From assembly GCF_001194135.2 (NCBI RefSeq), contig NC_068984.1, positions 84,486,184 through 84,550,183 of the forward strand: DNA of 64,000 nucleotides, in the 5' to 3' direction. The position numbers were made by a program, and so were the translations under genes. The DNA is from Octopus bimaculoides. Taxonomy: Eukaryota. Under the pieces are notes generated by a model, which made no database searches, had not been told where the DNA came from, and was given only the letters and a program-made list of their open reading frames with translations. The first letter of the stretch is position 1. The number at the start of each line of letters is the position of its first letter. Positions 51,094 through 64,000 of this stretch are shown here, one piece after another.

Positions 51094-52023
51094 ATAGAGA
51101 CAGTAGATTGGTGGTGGGGCAGGAAATTTCATAAGAATGTGAGGAGAGTTATAGATGGTTAGAGAAGTGGGTGATGATGATTGTATCGAGTGGTGAACAA
51201 AGGTGGAGGTGTGGTTGAGGAGAAGTACAGCTCCGGAAGGAGAATAGATGGAAATTAGGAGAATGAAGCGCAAGGTATAGGAGTAGTGGGGAGGGAGATA
51301 CAGAGGGGAGACATAAGGGGACTATAGAAAGTTGGGTGTGTTGGTAGGTATGAGAGGGCATTGAGAATGATAGATATGTGAGGTGTTAGAATTGGATAAC
51401 AGAGAAGGGAGAGAGCAAGACTGAAGGCAAAGAAAGGAGGTGATTGGTGTAAATAGCATCCCCCCCCCCCCGGGATTATAATGAAATCTGGAAGTGGTTT
51501 TGGGAGGATGGAAGGAGGGTATGTAATATGTGCTGATTCTGTTTTCAGATGGTTACAATAGCTGAATAGTACCATAGATAGAGGAGTGATGGGTGTTAGG
51601 GGATGAAATGTGGGGTAAATTTTGTGGGGCAGAAAGAGAGGGATGCGGGATAGGGCTCTGCACATACAAGCGTAACCGTGATTGCTTTAGGATATCGTTT
51701 TTTACTGTGATGGACAAATCTTCTTGAGTACAGCAAATTGCCAGTCATCTCTGTCCTTTGTTAATCTCCTCCTTGAAGCTCAGCAATTTGAGATTAGCTT
51801 TCACTACTTTGTCCAATGTTTTCTTGGGTCTCTCTCTTCCATAAGATTTTTGAATTGATCGTTTTTTTTTTGGAGACAGTCAAAATATATACTTAAAATA
51901 TAAAATAAATTATGTAAAGTAAAGAGCTAAATTCTATTTAACAGATTCAATCAAATTATTACACTTCTAAAGCAGGGTCTGTCTGATATTTATTGATTCA
52001 CTTAGAATTCTTAAAATAGGCAA

Positions 52024-53305
52024 TAACAGAGGAATTCAAGACAAACTGCCCCTGGGAGCTCCTCTATGCTGATGACCTTGCACTAATAGCTGAGTCACTA
52101 CCAGAACTGAAGATGAAGTTTCAGGTGTGGAAGCAAGGTTTAGAGTTGAAGGGCTTTAGAGTCAATCTAGCAAAAACCAAAGTTCAAGTAAGTAGGAAGG
52201 CAGACAAATCACAAACCCCTTCAGGTAGATGACCCTGCTTGATCTGTAAAAAAGGTGTAGGTAGAAACTCCATAAGATGTACCCAGTGTAAGCTGTGGAC
52301 ACACAAGAAGTGCAGCAATATCAAAGGAAGGTTAACTAGGAAGATAGTTTTTGTGCGTGGCAAATGCTCAGGGGCAATAAAGACCGAAAATGTACGGAAA
52401 ATAGATTCCTTCACATGCCAGGGGGAGAAACTAGAAGTAGTTGATAGGTTCCGCTACCTAGGTGACCAAGTCTGTAGTGGAGGTGGATGCTCGAAGAGCG
52501 TAGCCACTAGAATAAGAATAGCTTGTGCAAAGTTTAGAAAGCTTCTACTTCTGCTGGTAACAAAGGGCCTCTTACTCAGAGTGAAAGGTAGACTGTATGA
52601 TGCATGTGTGCGAACAGCCATACTACACAGCAGTGAAACATGGGCCGTGACTGCTGAGGACATGCGTAGACTTGAAAGAAATGAAGCTAGTATTATCTAC
52701 TGGGTGTGTAATGTCAGTGTGCACACACAACAGAATGTAAGCACCCTGAGAGAAAAGTTGGACATAAGAAACATCAAATGTGGTGTGCAAGAGAGACAAC
52801 TGCGCTGGTATGGTCATCTGATGCATATGGATAAGGACAGCTATGTGAAGAAGTATCAGACCCTAACAGTGGAAGCAATCTTTAGAAGAGGTTGACCCAG
52901 GAAGACATGGGATGGAGTGGTGAAGCTCAACCTTTGAACATTGGACCTCTCGAAGGCAATGACAAGAGACCAAGACCTTTGGAGATATGCTATGATTGAG
53001 AAGACCCGGCAAGGAAAGTGAGATTGCAGCTGTGAATGATACCAGTGTCACATAACCAGCCCATTTAAAAGTATCCTTGAATCACTGGGTGACACACTGT
53101 GCTTGAGAAAACCTGTTGAGTTAAGTGAAATCATAGTCGTGGCCAATACCAGTGCCGCCTGACTGGCACCTGTGCTGGTGGCACGTAATAAGCACCATTC
53201 AAACGTTGATTGATGCCAGTGCTGCCTGACTGGCTTGCCTGTCCTCAGTCAAATTGTCCAACCCATGCCAGCATGGAAAATGGATGTTAAACGATGATGA
53301 TGATG
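52024..53305 (+). mobile_element. 5'-truncated RTE-clade LINE, relatively young
   Basis: A single frame from ~52026 reads LLYADDL, VNLAKTK, a Cys/His finger, FRYLG and LRWYGH, with in-frame stops at 52230 and 52893; 3' UTR and (GAT)n tail follow. Confidence 0.95.
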
Positions 53306-55126
53306 TACTATGTATACAGTATGATGTTTATAGGATGAAAATTAAATAAAGAAAAGGAAAGATCATGATTTTATTTAACAGATACAAGTACAAATGAATA
53401 CACTTGTAAAGTAAAGCGTGTTTTATCTTTATCAATCCAATAAAAAAAAATTACAGAACAAAGCTATTTTTAACACACACTATGCAAATTAAACAGCTTC
53501 AGAAACAATCTATTTATGCAATACCGGGTACAGTATATTGCATGGTATTGTACACTATTCCTGGACTTCTGGAAATTCTGTATTTGTGGAAGTAGATAAG
53601 AGGTACTGTATTCTTAACTTGATGACCCAAGAACATATTCACTTCCTAGTTTATATTGGTTGAATAAGCCAATGTAAAATGACAATAACAATCTCCTTCA
53701 GACCACATCTTACTGTGTTTAGGAAAAGCAAGTAGGACGCATTCGATAATATAGCCTTAAATAGACTCATTGTCTGAATAAAAGATAGGGTGATCATGAT
53801 TAGAAAACCTTTGATCATACGTCTGATCCATTATGGGCTAAACAGCATCATTGAAATTAAACCTGATTTTATCTTTATCAGGTACTTGAGTTAAACAAGT
53901 ATATTGGGTACATCGTTTACTTACCTCATTACCTGTGAGATAGTTGATGTGAATATCAAATGTCTAAAACTTCCTGTTTGTCTTTCCATAGACAACAATA
54001 TTCATCAAAAGATGGTGTTATTAGCTCTGTTGACCTCAGCGGAACCAAAAATTGGGGGGACTTCTGGCATTCATACTTTTCCCATGATCTAGAATGACTT
54101 AAATGATGAGAATTGGTTCCAACTAGGACATGCTTCCACATTCTTACCACTACTCACTGAGGTAACAGTCCACATGGTTTACCACAGATAGTTATCATCA
54201 TCACCATCATTTAACATCTATTTTCCATGGTGGCATGGGTTGGATAACTTGATAGGGTGACTGCACCAGGCTTCACTGTCTGTTTTGGCAGGGTTTTTAC
54301 AGCTGGATGCCTTTCCTAACACCAACCACCTTAATGCCAGTAGGAGCACAAGTTAACAAGGATACCTTTTTATGGTCATTTGACATTCTAGAAATAGCAA
54401 CCAAATCTTCATATCTCAGGAAATATGAGTTGGTCATGGCTGGTTTGCCTTTGAGTATTTGTATGTCTGATGATGAGTGACCGGAGGCTAAACAAGGATA
54501 ACTTTAGAAATACGAAGTCAATGACAGGGCTTCTATATAGTTGTTCAACCTGTTACATTAGCAGAAGTCTACATTTAATAGAAGGGAGAGTGAGTGATGG
54601 GGGAAATGAGAAAGTATCCAAGAAGGACAACAGACATCAACTTTGTGTGTGTGTGTGTGTGTGTGTATGTACATATGTATGTGTCTACCTACCTATCTAT
54701 CTATCTATCTATCTATCTATCCCTACATCTACCTCCTCCATCCACATAGTTTCTGTGGACCTGAGCAGGTCATTCAGTGTAAAGGGTTGTAACCAAATAA
54801 TGCAAGGTGTTTTATCCATTACTCTGCAGATTCTGCAATCTACTTGCCATTCCTGTTAATTACAAATAAACTGAAATTATCGAATTTCAAGTTCAAGTAC
54901 CATGACAGTAATAGAACAAAACAAAAAAAACAAACCCAAAACATAGTCACTGCAGTGAACATTAAAAAGTTAATGAGAAATAATTATGTGGACAATATTA
55001 GTAAATGAGCAATATTATAAAGGAACATGTTTCATTATCATTAGACCTCATTAGCCAAAAGCATAGATTGAAGTAGTGATGAAAGAATCATTAAGTATCT
55101 ATTTAATGTTCAGATACTGCATAGAC

Positions 55127-55265
55127 CTGTCATGGGCAAACTGCGGCCCATGAGACTTTCTGAATGGCACACCTAAAGGAAAATTACCTTGGATTTTTTC
55201 GGTAGTGGCTGATGATGATCCGTGTCTCATGTAGCCAGTTTCTCTAAAATTGTTGTCCATGCCTG
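55127..55265. mobile_element. hAT-type MITE (139 bp)
   Basis: Ends CTGTCATGGGCAAACT / TGTTGTCCATGCCTG; perfect 8-bp TSD GCATAGAC (55119-55126, 55266-55273). Confidence 0.9.
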
Positions 55266-55695
55266 GCATAGACCCCTATCCTTTCCCCTTCTGTTTAAGG
55301 TACATTTTATTGTTATCAAGAACAATGTCAGACTTTAATCTTATACATATCTATTGTAAGCTGTTATCTTCCTTTGCTTCTGGACTAAAGGCAAAAGGCA
55401 TTTGGGTTGTGAATTCTTAATGTTAGCTTGGATAGTGGGAGCACATGTAATGGTAGTGTTGGAAAGTAGAGTGATGTTGCTCAGTTGAAGGCATGATTTA
55501 AAGATATATCCTGCAATGTTCTTTAAAGGTACTCATTAACTTGATTTGTGTTGGAGGACAAGATACACTGTAGATTGGAAATGATGAAACAGCTGTCTGC
55601 ATCTATGTGTATATATTAATGTGTATGTAATTGTATCTATATGTTTGTGTGTGTATGTCTGCATGTACTTGTGTCTGTATGTGTTTATGCATCAA

Positions 55696-55738
<43 letters not shown>

Positions 55739-58700
55739 AAGGGATTGAGTGAGAAAGAAAGGAAAATAATGTAGTTACAGAAGTATTCTCTTAGTGATTA
55801 GTCTTGATAAAAGTATTGAGACAGTTAAGTGTAGGTCAAAGACTACTATTAAATGTTTGTGTTTAAAATCAATGTACATACAAGTGTTGTTTGGTGGTGA
55901 TTATAATAGTGATGATATTTCTGGCAAATTAGCAAATAGAATTCTACTTAAAGTGCTTCAGTTGCTTTGATGGAAGATTACGATGGCTGGTGGTGACTAG
56001 CAGATTACTCAAAGTGTTAACATATTAGCAACATGGGTTTTTATCATGAGGGGCATGAAGTCTTTTAAGGAGCTGATAGCTGTCAGACAATATTCATTTA
56101 TACTGCTTTATCGATCTGGCAGATATGAATATGAATATCTATTCTTTGCTGAAGATATCTTCTAATAAGATATCTTCTGGAACATGTTTAGAGTTGTCCC
56201 TGTCTTTGTCAAAGATCATACTGTTCTCTTCCATCCACTGCATTGCCTGTTTTCGATTTTGAAAAATTTAGACTTAGGAGGTGTGATGTGTCAACTTGTT
56301 TAATATAAATAATTTTTGTTTCAAGTTGAGACATTCATAGCTTTGCTTGATTTAAGTGTTGTCTAATATTTGTGTCTCCTGGAATTGGTGTTGATTGATT
56401 AGATTTGTCACACTCACCTCATTGAATATGTTAGTTATTACTTACTTATTAATCTATGTTTATCTGTCCTAACTAATGTCAAGGTAGCTTATATCTATAT
56501 GACTGGAAGTATTACAATTTCTACTACATTACTAGTTTGCTTTCAAATTCTTATTGTTTAGTCCTTTAGCATTTAAACTGGCCTTATCCTACCCAAATAT
56601 TTTACCCATTTATGTTTAGACCAGCCAAATCAGGCATCTCACACCTACCCTTCAGTGCCATCCTAAAAATAAACAACCACTGTACCAAAATCTTGAAGCT
56701 ACAAGATAATGCATGATTAATTCAAAAATAATAAATATGCATTACATTTGATAGTAATCTTAGTGCTAAAGGGTTAGCCCCCCCCTCTTTCTCCTTTGGT
56801 GGCCCTGCTTGAACCACTTTGGGAGAAGGATCAATAGCCAAATGCCTTCTAACTTCGACCATATTGTTTTCCCTCCTTTTTTTAGTCTGGAATGCCTTTC
56901 ATTATTGGTTTAATAGGCTTTTTGTTGTAGGGCTGATCAGAAGAGGAATAAGGTAGCCTCTGTATTGTCATTCAACCTGCTAGAAATAGTAGCAAAATCT
57001 CCCTCAAATCACACCCTCTATAATCTCATTAAAAAATGTACATATTGGATAATGTAGTCCTAAATAAACCATGTCTGAAAAAAAAAAGGGACGGGTGTGA
57101 CTGGAATACAATATATGCAGTGTCCTTTTTCCTAAATACAATATAGGGTGTAATGTTAGGGAAATTTGGCTGCTATTTCTAGCAGATTGAATAATGATGG
57201 AGAGAGCCTTCTTTGTTGGCTTTCTTTCAATTTTTTTCCCCCTACTTAGGTGATGTGTGAGGAAATAATATATTTTGTTTAGACAACGGACGAAAATAGA
57301 TAAAATAATCAATGTAACATAGTAATTTCCTTCAAATAACTTCTATTTCACTGAAGTTTCTACTTAGTTTCCAGTTGTTCCTGTCATTCAATCAACCATC
57401 CATCTACCCTGTCAGTTAAATTATTTTGTTGTTGTTATTTAGTCCCTAGTCAGCACTATTTGAACAGACATAAAATCAAAAGCATTCCAACCATAACTAT
57501 CGAGTCTGTTTTCTTTTTTTTTCAGATATAGTATATCTAGGTCTATATTATCCAAAGTGTTCTGCAGTAGATTTAGCTGCTACTCCATGCAAGTCACACG
57601 GGTTCATAGAGGTTCTTTTATTCCTTTGGTCGAGCCCTGTTGTCCTGTAATCAGAGGTATTTCAGCCGACTCACAGAAATTGCATATTTAGGACTACATT
57701 ATCAAATACCCTTCCTTTTAAGATTGTAGGATGTGATTTAGGGAAAGTTGGCTGTTATTTTTTGTAAGTCAAGTGGCAATGGTTGGTTTGTGTATATTAT
57801 TGTTATTTTGGATACCACCACACTGCTACCACTACCATCATCGCTGTTCCATGCTGAAAGAAGTTTGAAAGGTTTACATAACAGTCAACAGTGTAATTCT
57901 AGTAGAAGTGCTAAGCAATCTCATTAATGACATCTAATTCTGATACAGCTATTTCAAGCTAGGCTTTTCTCAGCTTCCTTTCAATATGCTCTACTTAGGA
58001 GATAGTGGCTCATAACATCAACATGCATACATAATACACATTACATTCTTCCAAGCATAACCACTGTTCTTTCTTCATAAAACAGGCCAGTGTTTCTGAC
58101 ACTAACTTGTACAGGGTCTCCGAGAGAACTTTGGTAAGGTAGCACAAAGGCACCAGGAATGATAGGGTGTCCTCTCAAAATTAAAAGTTGTATTTATTTA
58201 TTTATTTTTAGTATACACACAGGTATGGCTATGTGGTAAGAAATTTGCTTCCCAACCACATAGTCTTAGATTCAGTCCCACTGCATGGCACCTTGGGCAT
58301 GTGTCTTCTGCTATAGCCCCAGGCCGCCAGAGCCTTATGAGTAAATTTGGTCGATGGAAACTGAAAGAAATCTGTCATGTATATGTATGTATTATGTATG
58401 TGTGCGTGCGCATGTCTGTCCCCCCATCACTTGGACAACTGGTGTTGGTTTGTTTACATCCCCATAGCTTAGCAGTTCAGTAAAAGAGACCAACAGAATA
58501 AATACCAGACTTTAAAAAATAAATAAGTACTGGAGTGAATTTATTTGACTAAACCCCTCAAAGTGGTGTCTCAGCATGACTGCTGTTTTATGACCTAAAC
58601 AAGTAGAAGGTAAAAGAAAGGATAAATACATATATAGAGAGAGAGGCAACCAGCAGATCGTCACGAGCCCTCTCCTTGGCACTCCTGGCTCTGAACTGTT

Positions 58701-59481
58701 GTATTGATTGACGCTACTCCATATAGGACCTGCATTATCTGTATACAGTACAGTCTGTCTTGCAGTATGTTTGTTGGGCAGTTAATAGTTATTATTCTAA
58801 TTGCTATGTAAAATGAAATTGTTAACTGAAGTTTCTTTGCTGAGATCAGAAACTGGTGTATGTTGGAAATATGGCTTCTTGTCGGGATTTGGCTGTATAA
58901 TAATTTGTGTTTAAGTAATCTATCATCATTATTACCACTGTCCCCAAGGCAGAATTGTTAGCTTGCCTAACAAAATGCTTAGCAGTAATTTGTCCGTTTT
59001 TACATTCTGAGTTCAAATTCTTCTGAGGTTGGCTTTGCCTTTCATCCTTTCAGGGTTGAAATAAGTACCAGTCAAGCATTGGGTTTGATGTAATCTACTA
59101 GCCTAGGCCTTGTGCCTAAAGTAGAAAAGATTACCACCACCACCTTCATCATCATAAACAGCAGTAGCAGGGATATCTCTGCCAACAGTTATGTTGTTAA
59201 CCAGTTCTGAAGGACAAACCTCCTTCTTTAAGGCATTTTATCTATAACCATATTAAATAGTTAATGATTTATCTGTTTTCTTCAATACTATTTAGAAATC
59301 AAGTGATATGTTGATAATATTCTGAATAAACAACCACTGGCAAAATTTTGAAGTTACTGTCGATCTTTATTCAGTCAATGTTTGTTGTTTTTGTGAATTT
59401 AAAAACTCTATATTTTTAACATATACATACATACACATATATATTTGTGTATATATGTGTATACTTATATATATATATATA

Positions 59482-59694
59482 CAAGGGGTTGCTGAAACGT
59501 TGCTGGCTTTAAGGGTGTTGTGAAAGGCTTGGTTGGAGGCCCAACCTAATTCTTTTACAGGGCTTAGAAAAACTGAAGGACCATTGCAATAAGTGTATGA
59601 ACCTGAGAGTGGAATATCTTGAATAAAATCACAATTAACTGATCCTCCTGTATTTCCTTTTACCCAAAGCCAAGAACTTTTCAGCACCTACTCA
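59482..59694 (+). mobile_element. Mariner-derived MITE, opposite orientation to 36199-36407
   Basis: Same interior and TIR-like ends, inserted in (TA)n. Confidence 0.82.
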
Positions 59695-59925
59695 TACATA
59701 TACATATAAACCAAAATATAGAATTTTGTTCTAAATTAGAAATAGTTCTAGCCGAATATTTAATTAAACTGTTTTTGTAGAAAAGAAATTTGTTTGCCTA
59801 GAAATGACTAGTTATATTTAGTTTTGTATATATTCTTTGCTTTAGTTTTGGATTTATCTATTTTAGTAGTTTACAAATCAAATGGTTTGTTGCCAGTACC
59901 ACACACAGATAAATGTATACGTATA

Positions 59926-59966
<41 letters not shown>

Positions 59967-62809
59967 ATAATCATAGGTTTGCTCTCTCAGAGCACTCTTA
60001 GTAATAAATAACAACAAACATAGCTCACCCCTATAACTAAGAAAAAGTTCAACAAGTTCAAATAAATCCCCTCCCCACTGCAGCTCCCTGTAATTTAAAT
60101 TATTATCTAACATTTTACTTTTGTGTTTTTTACAAATTAGCTGGGTAATGGGGGATCTGTTTTAATAATTGTCTTTCCCCTCTACACTTCAGTTGAAATC
60201 CTGACATTGCCAATGTAATTGCCTATTAACCTACTTCATGCATATAATGGATATTACTTAATAAGACAACTATTTCTGTACATATGACAAGGAAAATGAA
60301 TTGCTTGCACTATGCTTGCATTGGAAATGTGTAGAAGAAACTAGCGATCAAGTTCACTTTGCAGCCATGTGGTTTTGAGTTCTGTCCCACTGCAAGGCAC
60401 CTTGTGAGTGAATTTGGCAGGTGAAAACTGTGTGGAAGCCTGTAATATTTGTACATATAATATGTGTGTGTGTCTTTGCATTTGACCCCACTGATGTTGG
60501 TTTGTTTATGTCTGTCAGTTGTTAGGCAAAAGAGACCACTAGAATAAGTACTGGAGTCAATTCATTTGACAGACAGTGCCTCAGCATGGCCACAGTCTAA
60601 TGACTGAAACAAGTAAAGGATAAAAGATATATATTGATAGAAACCACCTCAAGAAGTATTAACATAATTTGTAAATAAGATGAATTTGTGTGCCTTGTGT
60701 AGGTATTGACTAAACAGTAGAAGGCTTCTGTGCAAGTTACATAAAATATTATGAAAAATATTTTAATTTCTAATATATTCAACATATGAAGGTGACAAGG
60801 TGGCAGAATTGTTAGCATACTAGGCAAAATTCCTGAGTTCAAATTCCACCAAGGTTAACTTTGCCTTTTCTCCTTTTGGGGTTGGTAAAATAAATACCAT
60901 TTGAGCGCTAAGTACCATTTGACTTACCCCTCCCTTGAACTTGCTGGCCTTGTGCCAAAATTTGAAACCAGTATATTCAACATATAAACAAGGTGTTGTC
61001 TCTGTTTTATTAAGTATAGGTTGAGTGGTTGCTAAATTTCTTTTAAAGGATTTTTTAATTTCACTTAATTACTTTTTTTTATATATTGATTACACTAATT
61101 TTCTATACCTATCTAAATGGGGTGGGCTTCTTTTATAAATTTAGGTTAAAAATAATTTGGCTATTTGCATGCTGTTGGATTACAGCTGTTTTAGTCACTT
61201 GGCTATTAAACCTGTGACTGAAAGGTTATCAATTTGTGTTGTTTCTATTGTATCTATACTATAAAAGGCATCTTTGATAAAGCTGCTTATTTCACACTAA
61301 CCTTGTCCTCCAAATAAAATAAATGAAACCATAGAACCAGAGAAAACTAGCACTGATCTACATTGGCAGATGAGAAACTCAAATAGTTCATTAAGTGGAA
61401 TAAGTCTGCCATGCATCCTAGTTGAATGTCACTGTTAACTAATTTGTTTGTCCCTAGCTTGTGGTTCTGGGTTCAGCACCTTCTATGTTAAATTTTGATA
61501 GACAGTGGTTTGTATCTAAGGTGAGCATGCTCTTACATGTGTTTACTGTGATAGCTGTTGGTAATAGCAGTGGATTCAAGGAAGCATTTTACTGTGGTTT
61601 TGTAGCTAGACATGTATTTTGTAGCTAGGTGTTTATGGAACTGTTAACTTTGAAGTAGGAGGGAGAGGTTGTTTTTGTCAGCCATGTAGATTGAGAAAAG
61701 TAGAGTTATAGGCCATGCCTTATATTGCAATACATTGGTTGAAGCAAAGTTTGAAGTAATGATCATGTGATCAATAGTCCAGCGACTTTAATCTCACAAT
61801 ATTGAAAGACTAATGAGTAGTTAAGATGATTGACACCTCTCACTTGCAGTATTTTTTTTTTTTCACATTCTTGCCAAAGATTCTATTTTTTTTTTGCCTA
61901 CAAGATCCCCAATTACAATAAGGGGAAGCCTGGAGATATTTAAGATTGTTTGTTTTTGTTTTGCTTTGCTGATTAACCCCAGGCTAGCTTTGCTTGAGTG
62001 AACATGCATGATCAAAGACATTTCTGTCACCATCATTCTAGTCCTTTTTCTGCCAATGTATTTGGAACCATATCACCCAATGTATCTTTTTATTTTTAAA
62101 AACTAATAGTTTATTTACCAAAAAGAAATGCATCACAAGAGAGAATCAAATTTATGTGACATGTTGGAACTAAAAACAGTTCTTTAAATAAATTTTGCTG
62201 TGATGATACAAAATATCATAAACTGTCCATTGTTGTTGTATTAAAAAGGAAGCTTTTGGATCATCTTTGACTGCGACCAAACTGGGAGCCATTATATAAA
62301 ATTTTGGCATGTTGGAAATAAGAATTAAATTCCATCAAATCACACTTCATGGCATCAAGGCTTCAAAAAATGAAGAACACATTGGATAATGTAGTCTTAG
62401 ATACCCTCCTCCCACTCTAAAGCTGGAATATTTTTTATCATAAGGTTTGGTCATTCAAGATTGACCTTGGACTAAATAGCATACAACAGCAATAACAACC
62501 AACCTGAAAGTGAGTGAAAAGCATGACAAATGTTGATTTTGGTGAAATTCTATGGATTATTATCTAACTGTTAATTAAAGCTAATGATGAATCAAGTTTG
62601 TGAGGTTGCCTTGATGTGGTTGCTTTACCTGCTAGAAATGTAACCAAATCAACCGAGTATCTTCAAAAAAAAAGGGAAGGGTACATTTGATTCTATAGTC
62701 CTAGGTACACTGGTTAAACAAAAGATGATGTAGTCATAACTGGAATGTCTTTGCTGATAGGTTTTCACCATCAAGGCTAACTTCGAGGTAAACAATGGCA
62801 GCACAAATG

Positions 62810-62854
<45 letters not shown>

Positions 62855-64000
62855 GATGTTCTTAAGCTTTTGTTTGAAATTTGGTAAACTAAACAACTAT
62901 AGTAAGTTGTTTTTAGTAGGATTATAAGGTTTGTGACTGCTAAACTTGTCTTTAGAAACAAATATTTTTCAATATTTACATAAGTTGGCAGAATCAATTA
63001 TAGTGTTAAACACAAAGCCTTGTGGTATTTAGTCGTGACTATTTATTTGAGTTCAAATCCTACTGAGGTTAACTTAGCCTTTTTTCTTTTTAGAGTAAAT
63101 AGAATAAAGTACCTATCAAGTATTGGGTGTTGATTTAATTGATTATATCCATCCCAAACATTTGAGACCTTGCATCAATGCTAGAAATTAATATTGACAT
63201 GAACACTCTTGTAGTTGCTTCCCATCCACCCTTCCTTTTCTTCTGTCCTTAGGGTCAGCCTGACATCACATCACCACTTCTTTATCTCTATTTCCATCTT
63301 CACTCCAATTATTTCCATCGACACTTGTATGATATGAGTTACTTTGTATCACCCCTACAACAAGAAACCTGTTCCAGCCCCTTTTATACTTTAAATTCTC
63401 ATTACTTAGCATAAAGCTGCCACCTTCTCTACTATAGTCCCTTTCAGTTGAAGGGGGTGTTGGTCTTGCAAGCTACATGGTGATCCATTATACTAGTGCC
63501 ACAAAAGAAAAAGGGACCCAGTACACTCTATAAAGTGGTTGGCATTAGGAAATGCACCAGAGAAATCATGTCAAAGCAGACCAGACATTGGAGCATGATA
63601 CAGTCCTGTGACCCATCAGATCCTGTCAAACTATCCAATTTGTGCCAGCATGGAAGACGGACATTAAAAAATGTTGTGACAATGTTGATGATGATACTGT
63701 GCTTCAATCTCTTCTATCTCCAATTGCTGGATGTTTACATGATACTATGCCAGGTTAGCTCTAGGAAACTAATTTCCAAATTTAAAAATAAATAAATGTG
63801 CATAGTTTAAATCCAGTTTGGTACTTAGTTTAGAAACTCAGAAACTCACTTGAAAGTTCCTAGTATGGATCCTGTTTTAGTGCTATGTACATAAGCAGGA
63901 ATAAAACTGATTGAAATGTAGCTTAAATTAAAATTTTTTTAAATGTTTAATCTCTAGAGATAAAGCTGACAGTCAAAAAAATCATAATCTCTCTGGTAAA

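Noticed and set aside
55900-56450. Possible Penelope RT remnant on the minus strand
   Set aside because: Too degenerate to recover diagnostic motifs by eye.
8029-62997. Dozens of ORFs rich in YI, HT, CV, RE or X
   Set aside because: They are translations of (TA)n, (CA)n, (GA)n microsatellites and N-gaps, not genes.
1-64000. CRISPR arrays, rRNA genes or prokaryotic operons
   Set aside because: No regularly spaced repeat-spacer arrays, rRNA similarity or gene-dense coding DNA; the sequence is eukaryotic intronic/intergenic.

Overview
AT-rich, microsatellite-dense, gap-containing draft eukaryotic genomic DNA. The repeat landscape (tRNA-headed SINEs, RTE LINEs with (GAT)n tails, Penelope-like, Tc1/mariner and hAT relics, (TA)n/(CA)n/(TACA)n arrays) looks like a coleoid cephalopod, most likely Octopus; this is an inference. 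Only one host coding exon is recognisable: the first coding exon of an ERMP1-like M28 ER metallopeptidase (27615-28212, +). No downstream exon was found in the remaining ~35.8 kb, which is therefore probably one large first intron. Positions 1-570 may be the 5' end of a divergent minus-strand gene. Everything else is repeat-derived, and almost all listed ORFs are microsatellite/N-gap artefacts or decayed TE fragments. I found no convincing novel multi-gene system. The most unusual signals are structural: several near-spacerless fold-back palindromes at repeat ends, a MITE with perfect 37-bp TIRs, an 8-bp TSD and an internal 52-bp hairpin, nested TE insertions with readable TSDs, an RTE reverse transcriptase carrying an embedded C4HC3 PHD-like finger, a 78-bp flank duplication inside a LINE, and inverted young SINE pairs in the intron that could be A-to-I editing substrates. 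TE boundaries without a stated TSD/TIR are approximate.
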